A stretch of 64,000 nt of DNA from an uncultured Azospirillum sp. (lineage in GTDB: Bacteria > Pseudomonadota > Alphaproteobacteria > RF32 > CAG-239): assembly GCA_947301965.1 (NCBI GenBank), contig CAMYUM010000004.1:26149-90148 (forward strand), written 5' to 3'. A model generated the notes under the pieces. The model saw nothing but the letters and a program-made list of their open reading frames with translations, had not been told where the DNA came from and did not search any database. This document shows, in pieces, positions 18,054 to 25,387 of this stretch. A program made the position numbers and the translations under genes. The first letter of the stretch is position 1. The number at the start of each line of letters is the position of its first letter.

Positions 18054-18789
18054 CCTCTAACTTCAAAACAGCCTTTGCCGGCAGATCCTTTTCTGTTTTC
18101 ATTGTGATTGTTAATTGAGTGTTGGTCATATAAACTTTGACCTCGTTCAAACGACCGATTTGTTCGCCCTTTGGTGTTTCTACAACCAGGTTAACGCGAG
18201 ACGATTTGTTGCCCAAACGTTTGAGCAAAAACTCAATCTTGTCCGCACCGACTTTTTTGTAGTTTACCACCTCGGTTTTGCTGACCAAATTGTCGCCTTT
18301 TTCGATTGTTACCGGAATAGTAACGGCAAACAACGGTGTCAAAGTCATTGAAATGGTTTTAGCATCAACATCTCTCTTGCGATTCGGGTCGCCGAGCAAA
18401 ACCTCTTGCACTTTCAGGTGTGATACATATTCACCGTCAGGCAGACTTGAGAGGCTCTTACGTGCAATATTGACGGTTTGCATTTCTCTCGGTTTCAGGT
18501 GGAACTGACGTGGAGACCAGGTCAAATGCTTGCGAGCATAAAACTTGTCATCAGTATCAACCTCAACCAAAGAGCCGTCAGGCTTTTGCACATAGTTGAC
18601 CATTGAGACGCGATAAGTCTGTTCCTTGTCAGAAGTATTGATAACTCTGACCGTTTGCACTCTTTTACGGCCTGAGCTTTCAAAATCGATTCTGTAAGGA
18701 AAAACTGAAATATTGGCAGTTGCGACAACGGAGTATAAAACCCCTGACATCAAAACCAGCCAGAAAGTTATGAATTTATTAGACTTCAT
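18007..18789 (-). CDS. PapD-like periplasmic pilus chaperone
   Basis: Signal peptide, then ISVFPYRIDFESSGRKRVQTVRVINTSDKEQTYRV (chaperone N-domain pattern). ~240-aa mature two-domain size. Confidence 0.65.
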   Translation of the reverse strand: MKSNKFITFWLVLMSGVLYSVVATANISVFPYRIDFESSGRKRVQTVRVINTSDKEQTYRVSMVNYVQKPDGSLVEVDTDDKFYARKHLTWSPRQFHLKPREMQTVNIARKSLSSLPDGEYVSHLKVQEVLLGDPNRKRDVDAKTISMTLTPLFAVTIPVTIEKGDNLVSKTEVVNYKKVGADKIEFLLKRLGNKSSRVNLVVETPKGEQIGRLNEVKVYMTNTQLTITMKTEKDLPAKAVLKLEDAKTKKEILRKDLQF

Positions 18790-18834
18790 GATTAGTATCC
18801 CAGATAATTAAATAAAACATCACAAGATTACCAA

Positions 18835-18911
18835 CTTCGCGCGCACGCGTGTATATTTTAAATTTTTTATTAACAACTTTGTGCGGGCACATACGCGAGG
18901 GCGCGCGAAAG
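18835..18911. repeat. GC-rich imperfect inverted repeat in the divergent pilus promoter region
   Basis: Core ttcgcgcgc (18836-18844) and gcgcgcgaa (18901-18909) with partially matching extensions (acgcgtgtat / atacgcgagg), 56-bp AT-rich spacer. Confidence 0.6.
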
Positions 18912-19011
18912 AATCGCCTAAAACAAGGATTTATAAAAAAGTTGTGGATTAAAGATTTTTTTACTAATTGTGTTTTATGCTTACGCCAGAACTAAAATTA
19001 GGAGATCTCAG

Positions 19012-19530
19012 ATGAATAAAAATTTATTACCCTTAACTGCTGTTGCTCTGTGCTTTTGCGCATCACAGGCCATGGCAGCTAGCGACAGTGCCACAGGTAA
19101 TTCAAAGGCAAAAATTATTGAACCGATAACCATTACTGCAACTACTGGTACCGGTGGTGATTTAAACTTTGGTACCATGTTGTCATCGTCAGCTCACAAT
19201 GTTACAGTTAGTACTGCTGGTGCCAGATCAAGCACTGTTAGTACAATGCTGGTAGAAGATTCGGCTAATAGTCCTCATGCAGGTGTATTTACCGTAAACA
19301 ATCCTGGCACAGCCGCCAGAACTGTTACAATAGATCTGCCTTCTACAAGTACTGTAACAAGTGGCAGCACAAGTTTGGATGTTGATACTTTTACCTCTAA
19401 CTTCCCGTCAGGAAGCAACAATATTCCGGCTGGAAATACCACCGTCAATGTTGGTGCTACATTGCACGTAACTGCTAATGCTCCTGCTGGAGACTATACA
19501 GGCACCTACAACGTAACCATCAGTTACTAA
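19012..19530 (+). CDS. DUF4402-type secreted pilin-like subunit, paralog 1
   Basis: AGGAG RBS and ATG at 19012. Signal ...SQAMA, KAKIIEPITI...DLNFGTM, C-terminal GDYTGTYNVTISY. Confidence 0.7.
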   Translation: MNKNLLPLTAVALCFCASQAMAASDSATGNSKAKIIEPITITATTGTGGDLNFGTMLSSSAHNVTVSTAGARSSTVSTMLVEDSANSPHAGVFTVNNPGTAARTVTIDLPSTSTVTSGSTSLDVDTFTSNFPSGSNNIPAGNTTVNVGATLHVTANAPAGDYTGTYNVTISY

Positions 19531-19555
19531 ATTATTTTTCACATTCGAATGTTGC

Positions 19556-19584
19556 AAAAAGGCTGTTAACAAACAGCCTTTTTT
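19556..19584 (+). terminator. Rho-independent terminator
   Basis: ggctgtt-aaca-aacagcc followed by T6. Confidence 0.8.
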
Positions 19585-19719
19585 ATTTTATCCACAAGAA
19601 AATGAGCTGTTTTTACGTAATATTTTTTGCCCAAAATCGAGTCTTTTTTTCATAAAGTAATTATTAACCAATTCACGTTAAAATATACTCCGATTTTACT
19701 CGATTTTTATGCTTTTTTG

Positions 19720-19728
19720 TGATACAAT
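19720..19728 (+). promoter_or_regulatory. Extended -10 promoter element (TGaTACAAT)
   Basis: TGnTACAAT ~35 nt upstream of the pilin-2 ATG; no good -35. Confidence 0.35.
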
Positions 19729-19761
19729 AAACACATGTTGACTAGCCGAAGGAGACTACCA

Positions 19762-20271
19762 ATGAAAAACTTATCTTTATTATCTTTAACCGCGATTGCT
19801 GCATGCATGGTTGCCAATCATGCAATGGCAGTTGACTCAACTGGCCACGGCTATGCCAAAGCCAAACTTGTTTCAGCGGTTGAAGTTCAATCTGACTCAT
19901 CTACCGATGCCCTCAATTTTGGTACTATGTCGATTGGTGCCAGTGGCGTTGTGGTCAACCATGCTGGTCAACGCAGCGGTGGTGACGGTTATTTGATCAA
20001 CGACGGCAATACCCCGCAAGCCGCCCGCATCAAACTTGCTCACCAACCCGATGTCGCCGGACAAGTTGTTACCGTCAACCAAATTCCTAATACCACCATT
20101 ACTGACGGAAGTGCAACCATTCCGGTCACAACCTTGACCCCGTCTTCTACCACCACCACACTCACCACAGCCACACACGACGACTTTACCGTTGGTGGTA
20201 CACTTGGTGATACCACAAACAAACCCGGTGGTGAATATTCGGGTAGTTTTGACGTAACCGTTAGTTATTAA
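19762..20271 (+). CDS. DUF4402-type secreted pilin-like subunit, paralog 2 (divergent)
   Basis: AAGGAG RBS. Signal ...NHAMA, KAKLVSAVEV...ALNFGTM, C-terminal GEYSGSFDVTVSY. Confidence 0.7.
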   Translation: MKNLSLLSLTAIAACMVANHAMAVDSTGHGYAKAKLVSAVEVQSDSSTDALNFGTMSIGASGVVVNHAGQRSGGDGYLINDGNTPQAARIKLAHQPDVAGQVVTVNQIPNTTITDGSATIPVTTLTPSSTTTTLTTATHDDFTVGGTLGDTTNKPGGEYSGSFDVTVSY

Positions 20272-20296
20272 GCATAGTTTCTCTCGCACCTAGACT

Positions 20297-20326
20297 AAAA
20301 AAAGGCTGTTCAAAACAGCCTTTTTT
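20297..20326 (+). terminator. Rho-independent terminator
   Basis: ggctgtt-caa-aacagcc followed by T6; same stem sequence as the terminator at 19556. Confidence 0.8.
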
Positions 20327-20446
20327 CTTTTTCTATTAGCAAAAAATTCTGTTCTTTTTCGTGAAATTATCCACAAATCAACACATAACCCATTGTTTTT
20401 GCGCAAAACATTATTTCCGGTTTTGCTAGATTTTTGCTCAAATTTA

Positions 20447-20455
20447 TGCTACAAT
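20447..20455 (+). promoter_or_regulatory. Extended -10 promoter element (TGcTACAAT)
   Basis: TGnTACAAT ~36 nt upstream of the pilin-3 ATG; same element as upstream of pilin 2. Confidence 0.4.
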
Positions 20456-20490
20456 TAACCTATGATTAACAACTAACCAAGGAGGCCGCA

Positions 20491-21006
20491 ATGAAACATT
20501 TACTATCCTTGACTGCTATTGCCCTATGCTTCTGCGCAACACAGGCCATGGCAGCTAGCGACAGCGCCACAGGTAATTCAAAGGCAAAAATCATCGCTCC
20601 GGTTACTATTACTGCTGTTACCGGTGCAAGTGGTGACTTAAACTTTGGTACCATGCTGTCGTCATCGGCACATGTCGTTACGGTTGACAATGCAAACGGA
20701 CGAACAAGTACGGTTAGCTCAATGTTGGTAGATGACAGCGCCAACGCACCGCACTCCGGTGTGTTCACTGTTAACAACGGTGGCTCTGCCGCAGTTACTG
20801 CCACATTAGCTTTGCCATCATCTGCTACCGTATCAAATGGTACAGATACCTTAACAGTTAACAACTTTACCTCAAACTTCCCGACAGGAAGTGGCAACAT
20901 CAACACGGGTGACACAACTGTTATGGTCGGTGCCGACTTGAATGTAACAGCTAATGCCTCTTCCGGTGACTATACCGGTACATATAATGTAACACTTAGC
21001 TACTAG
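20491..21006 (+). CDS. DUF4402-type secreted pilin-like subunit, paralog 3
   Basis: AAGGAGG RBS. The N-terminal ~60 codons are nearly identical in DNA to paralog 1. C-terminal GDYTGTYNVTLSY. Confidence 0.7.
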   Translation: MKHLLSLTAIALCFCATQAMAASDSATGNSKAKIIAPVTITAVTGASGDLNFGTMLSSSAHVVTVDNANGRTSTVSSMLVDDSANAPHSGVFTVNNGGSAAVTATLALPSSATVSNGTDTLTVNNFTSNFPTGSGNINTGDTTVMVGADLNVTANASSGDYTGTYNVTLSY

Positions 21007-21031
21007 TTACATAGCTTGCGGTTCTCAATCA

Positions 21032-21077
21032 GGCGAGGAACTACTTGAACAAGTAGTTTTCTCGCCTGTTTTTTTTG
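21032..21077 (+). terminator. Rho-independent terminator
   Basis: aggcgag...ctcgcct outer stem with an inner stem actactt/aagtagt, followed by a T-run. Confidence 0.7.
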
Positions 21078-21146
21078 CCCCTTGATTTTTTGTTTGTTTT
21101 GTTGCACTCTATCAAAAGACTAAGCTTCACTAAAAGGATTATGATT

Positions 21147-22001
21147 ATGGAAAAGACTAAAACTCTGGCTTTAATGACCGCTCTTGTCTTGCTTTTTATG
21201 TGGGTTGGTAACCTTGTCGGCGGTGCTACCGGTACCAAAGTTGCTTTTTGGGCAGCACTGGGTACCAACTTTATCAGCTATTTTTTCAGCGACAAAATGG
21301 TTCTGGCTCACTACAATGCCACCGAAGTCAACTCCAAGACCTCTCCGCTGTTGTATGACACGGTTGAGCGTTTGGCTCATCGTGCAGGTCTGCCCATGCC
21401 CAAAGTTTACATAATCCCCGAACAAGTTCCCAACGCTTTTGCCACCGGACGCAGCCCGTCTCATGCCGCGGTTGCCGCCACTCAAGGTCTGGTTGACCTT
21501 ATGACCCCGCAAGAGATTGAAGGTGTTTTAGCTCACGAAATGAGCCATATTCGCCATTATGACATCCTCATCAGTACCATAGCCGCCATTTTTGCCGGCG
21601 CTATTGTCATGCTCGGCAACATTGCCCGTTCCGGTCTTGCCGGACGCAACGGCAATGGTCGTGCCAGGGGTATTGGCATAGTGGTTGCCGCCATACTTAT
21701 GCCTATTGCCGCTACCATCATCCGCATGTCAATTTCTCGTTCACGCGAGTTCAGAGCCGACGAGGGCGCTGCTCACCTGACCGAACACCCCGAATGGCTT
21801 ATGTCAGCTCTGGCCAAACTTGATGATTACGCTCATGCCAACCAACTTTCAAAAGCAACTTCACAAACCGCGCATATGTTCATCATCAACCCGTTGACCG
21901 CAACCGAGGCCATGACACAAATTTTCAGCACTCACCCGAGCACGGCACAACGTCTTGCCCGTCTTGAAAACATCCGTCTCGGACGCCCAGCTGACGCATA
22001 A
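21147..22001 (+). CDS. htpX: Zinc metalloprotease HtpX
   Basis: HEMSH zinc motif, TM helices, and the typical N-terminus MEKTKTLALMTALVLLFMW. The track ORF start at 21075 lies inside the upstream terminator. Confidence 0.9.
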   Translation: MEKTKTLALMTALVLLFMWVGNLVGGATGTKVAFWAALGTNFISYFFSDKMVLAHYNATEVNSKTSPLLYDTVERLAHRAGLPMPKVYIIPEQVPNAFATGRSPSHAAVAATQGLVDLMTPQEIEGVLAHEMSHIRHYDILISTIAAIFAGAIVMLGNIARSGLAGRNGNGRARGIGIVVAAILMPIAATIIRMSISRSREFRADEGAAHLTEHPEWLMSALAKLDDYAHANQLSKATSQTAHMFIINPLTATEAMTQIFSTHPSTAQRLARLENIRLGRPADA

Positions 22002-22131
22002 TTTTTGAGCTGTATAAGTCTTTATTTTATTGGCTTTATGCTGATTTTATAGTTTCCCTAAAGTAACTACTTTACACACCCTGTAAATTGTAATATACCG
22101 ATTGTATGTTTATTTTTGGAGAAAAAAGACT

Positions 22132-24312
22132 ATGATGCGTGACTTTGTGCGCTTTTGCTTGCGCTGTTTTTTCAGACTGTTTAAGGTTCGTTTTGAAATG
22201 CGTTTTGACCCTTCAAAACTTCCGACCAAAGGTTTATATATTTCCAACCATGTTTCTTATGTTGACCCCATAGTTTTGTTTGCCTTTTTGCCCGGCAACC
22301 CCATTTTTGCCCTCCACGGACAGCTTTATCGCAGCCCTTGGGTTCGCCTGTTGATGAAAACCGCCGATATTATGGAATACGGCAACATCGATGTTCCTGA
22401 CTTGAAACAACTCATTGCCAAAGTCAACGAAGGTCGCCTTTGCGTCATGTTCCCCGAAGGCCGCATGACCAACAACGGCAATATTATGAAAATTTACGAA
22501 GGTGCCGGTCTTCTTGCCGACAAAACCGATTCTCCGGTTATCCCGATTTGGATCAACGGTTTGCAATATTGCCATTTTTCACGCACCAGAGGCCGTTTGC
22601 CCCGCCGCTATTTTCCAAAAGTAAAAATTGTTGTTGATGAACCTCGTCCGCTCAAACTCAAAGACGAACTCCGCCATCAACGCAACCACATTTCCAACGA
22701 AATTTATATGATTATGCGTGAGCAGGCTTTTGAGTCAATGTATAACCCGCAAATGACGGTATTTACCCAATTGATCAAAGCCGCCAAAATCCATGCCAAA
22801 AGGGCTTTTGGTCTCAAACGCCCCAAAGTTTTGGAAGACATAACCCGCAAACCCAAAAGTTTCAAAGATATTATGCTGGCCTCATACGTTTTGGGACGCT
22901 ATTTTCACAAAGACGCCGCTCATCAGGAATCAATCGCCATCATGTTGCCCAACTCGGTTGCCGCCATTTGCACGTTTTTCGGGCTCAATGCGTATGGTCA
23001 AGTCCCGGTTATGATCAACTTTAGCGCCGGCGTTCAAAACATCGTCAGCGGGCTAAAAACGACCCTTGCAAAAAAGGTTATTACCTCCAAGATGTTTGTC
23101 AAAAAAGCCGGACTTGAGCCGGTGGTCGATGCCATAAAAGAAAACGGCTTTGAAGTCTGTTACTTGGAAGAAGTCGGCAAAAAAATCTCTTTAGGTGCTA
23201 AAATTTTGGCTTATTTGCAATACAAAATCAAATATGTTCCATACAAAGCCACACCCGATGACAGAGCCGTAATTTTGTTTACTTCCGGCTCCGAAGGTGC
23301 GCCGAAAGCGGTGGTCTTGTCCAACCGCAACGTCATTTCCAACGTATGGCAAATTGCCACTTTTGAAACCCTTAACCGCACCGATGTTGTATTGAATTCA
23401 ATGCCTATTTTCCACAGTTTCGGACTGGTTTTGGGCACGCTTTATGCCCTTTATCAAGGCGCCAAAGTTTTCCTTTATCCGTCGCCGTTGCATTTCCGTG
23501 TCATCAGCGACTTGCTGTATGAACTTGAAGCCACAGTCATGATTGGCACCGATACATTCTTCCGCAGTTATGCCAAAATCTCTCACCCGTTAGACTTTGG
23601 CACTTTGCGTTTGTGCTATGCCGGTGCCGAGGGCGTAAAACTTGACACTCGCAACATTTTGAACGAGCGTTTGGGCGTCCGCCTTATGGAAGCCTATGGC
23701 ACTACCGAATGTTCTCCTGCCGTTGCCGGCAACAACATGGTGTTTAACAAATTCGGCACCATCGGCAAACTTTGCCCCGGCATGCAGTGCCGTTTGGACC
23801 ATGTTGACGGTATCGAAAAAGGCGGAGAACTTGTGGTCAAAGGTCCGAATGTTATGGCCGGTTATATCTTTGCCGACAACCCCGGCGTTTTGGTTCCGCC
23901 GGTTGACGGTTGGTATCACACCGGTGATGTTGTAGAGATTGATGAAATCGGCTTTATCAGCATCAAAGACCGCATCAAACGTTTTGCCAAAATCGGTGGT
24001 GAGATGGTATCGTTGCGTGCGGTTGAAAATATGATTGCCAAAGCCTATGAGGGCAACGACGAGTTTGCCTGTGGTGTTGTGGCAATTCCGCACGAACACA
24101 AAGGCGAGCAGATTGTGGTCGTAACCAACGAGCCGAGCCTGACCATGGACAAGTTGCGTGATTTTATCAAACAGAACGGTTACCCCGAGCTCTATATGCC
24201 ACGCACCATTTTGTACAAGGATAAAATCCCGATGTCAGCCACCGGCAAAATCGACAACGTAACGCTGAAAAAAATGGTCTTGGAAGAGCTGCAACAGCAA
24301 GCCGCCGCATAA
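22132..24312 (+). CDS. aas: Bifunctional 2-acylglycerophosphoethanolamine acyltransferase / acyl-ACP synthetase (Aas-like)
   Basis: N-terminal PlsC-type H(x)4D (NHVSYVDP) and PEGR motif. The C-terminal adenylate-forming domain has TSGSEGAPKAV and GWYHTGD. Confidence 0.8.
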   Translation: MMRDFVRFCLRCFFRLFKVRFEMRFDPSKLPTKGLYISNHVSYVDPIVLFAFLPGNPIFALHGQLYRSPWVRLLMKTADIMEYGNIDVPDLKQLIAKVNEGRLCVMFPEGRMTNNGNIMKIYEGAGLLADKTDSPVIPIWINGLQYCHFSRTRGRLPRRYFPKVKIVVDEPRPLKLKDELRHQRNHISNEIYMIMREQAFESMYNPQMTVFTQLIKAAKIHAKRAFGLKRPKVLEDITRKPKSFKDIMLASYVLGRYFHKDAAHQESIAIMLPNSVAAICTFFGLNAYGQVPVMINFSAGVQNIVSGLKTTLAKKVITSKMFVKKAGLEPVVDAIKENGFEVCYLEEVGKKISLGAKILAYLQYKIKYVPYKATPDDRAVILFTSGSEGAPKAVVLSNRNVISNVWQIATFETLNRTDVVLNSMPIFHSFGLVLGTLYALYQGAKVFLYPSPLHFRVISDLLYELEATVMIGTDTFFRSYAKISHPLDFGTLRLCYAGAEGVKLDTRNILNERLGVRLMEAYGTTECSPAVAGNNMVFNKFGTIGKLCPGMQCRLDHVDGIEKGGELVVKGPNVMAGYIFADNPGVLVPPVDGWYHTGDVVEIDEIGFISIKDRIKRFAKIGGEMVSLRAVENMIAKAYEGNDEFACGVVAIPHEHKGEQIVVVTNEPSLTMDKLRDFIKQNGYPELYMPRTILYKDKIPMSATGKIDNVTLKKMVLEELQQQAAA

Positions 24313-24318
24313 ATTCAG

Positions 24319-24348
24319 AAAAACCCCGACATCAAGCCGGGGTTTTTT
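24319..24348 (+). terminator. Rho-independent terminator
   Basis: ccccg-N9-cgggg followed by T6. Confidence 0.75.
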
Positions 24349-24402
24349 AATAAATAAATAATTTTTCTGCGCTACATTACTCACAAATGGAGAAAAACTA
24401 AA

Positions 24403-24942
24403 ATGTCGCAAAACATCATTGCCAACAAAAGAATTGTTAAAAGCAAACTGCAAATGGCACAAACCATCATCTTGAGTTTGCAACAGGAACTGGCAACATA
24501 TATTGCCGAAGGTTCGGGACCGTTTTTGGCCGCCATTTATGATGATAAGGGCAATTTGATTGCCAAAGCCGCCAACAGCGTCGTATCCGAAAACTGCAGC
24601 CACAACCATGCTGAAATGAACACAATAAAAGCCGCAGAAAAAGCTCTCGGCACTTATGACTTGTCACCATACAATTTGAGCTTATATGTTACCTCAGAGC
24701 CATGCATGATGTGCCTTGGCGGCATAATGTGGTCCGGCATAAAAGCTGTCTATTACGGCGTACCATCTAAAGATGTTGAAAAAATCACCGGTTTTGATGA
24801 GGGGTTCAAACCCGATTGGTTCAACGAGTTCAAAAAACGCGGCATAACTGTTTATGGCAACATTGAGGTCGAAGTCGGTCAAAAAGTTTTGGAAGATTAT
24901 ATCAAAAAAGGCAAAAAGGTTTATAAACCGGAGCGCAAATAG
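24403..24942 (+). CDS. CDA-fold nucleoside/nucleotide deaminase
   Basis: Zinc motifs HAE (HNHAEMN) and PCxxC (EPCMMCLG). Confidence 0.8.
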   Translation: MSQNIIANKRIVKSKLQMAQTIILSLQQELATYIAEGSGPFLAAIYDDKGNLIAKAANSVVSENCSHNHAEMNTIKAAEKALGTYDLSPYNLSLYVTSEPCMMCLGGIMWSGIKAVYYGVPSKDVEKITGFDEGFKPDWFNEFKKRGITVYGNIEVEVGQKVLEDYIKKGKKVYKPERK

Positions 24943-24943
24943 T

Positions 24944-25213
24944 TTAGCGCTTTTTTACGCGTTGTGCCACAATCATATACAAAATGATAGCGGCAAAAAA
25001 CAGCGATATGGAGTTAAAAATCATCATCTGTACCGAGTGCAGATATACACCGTACAAAATCCACGAAACCATACCCACGCAATAGATAACGTAGGTCATA
25101 AGCGATAAACCGTCAATGTTACGCTCTCTGATGGTTTGTATTGTTTGTGGCAAAAAAACTATTGCCGTGCAAACGCCGGCCAAATAGCCCAAAAACTCTC
25201 CGATAAAATGCAT
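24944..25213 (-). CDS. SemiSWEET / PQ-loop small membrane transporter
   Basis: 89 aa, 3 TM, PQ motif (IVFLPQTIQTI). Confidence 0.75.
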   Translation of the reverse strand: MHFIGEFLGYLAGVCTAIVFLPQTIQTIRERNIDGLSLMTYVIYCVGMVSWILYGVYLHSVQMMIFNSISLFFAAIILYMIVAQRVKKR

Positions 25214-25331
25214 ATCACTTTTCCTTAATCAATTCCACTACTGCCGAAAATCTACCCCGCCAATGGCAAAAAGTCAAAGAAAAATGGGAAAATAAACATT
25301 GATAAATCAATATCTAAAAACAAAATAAAGC

Positions 25332-25359
25332 TTGAATTTAGTAGTATTTCAGATAAAAT
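25332..25359 (+). promoter_or_regulatory. Sigma-70-type promoter for the R-M gene
   Basis: TTGAAT-N16-TAAAAT, ~30 nt upstream of the ATG at 25388. Confidence 0.45.
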
Positions 25360-25387
25360 TTGAACGTAAATAATCTAGAGGTTAATC

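Noticed and set aside
25299-25310. Palindrome TTGATAAATCAA upstream of the MmeI-like gene, a possible C-protein-type operator
   Set aside because: It is only 5-bp arms in AT-rich DNA, no controller-protein gene is present, and chance occurrence is likely.
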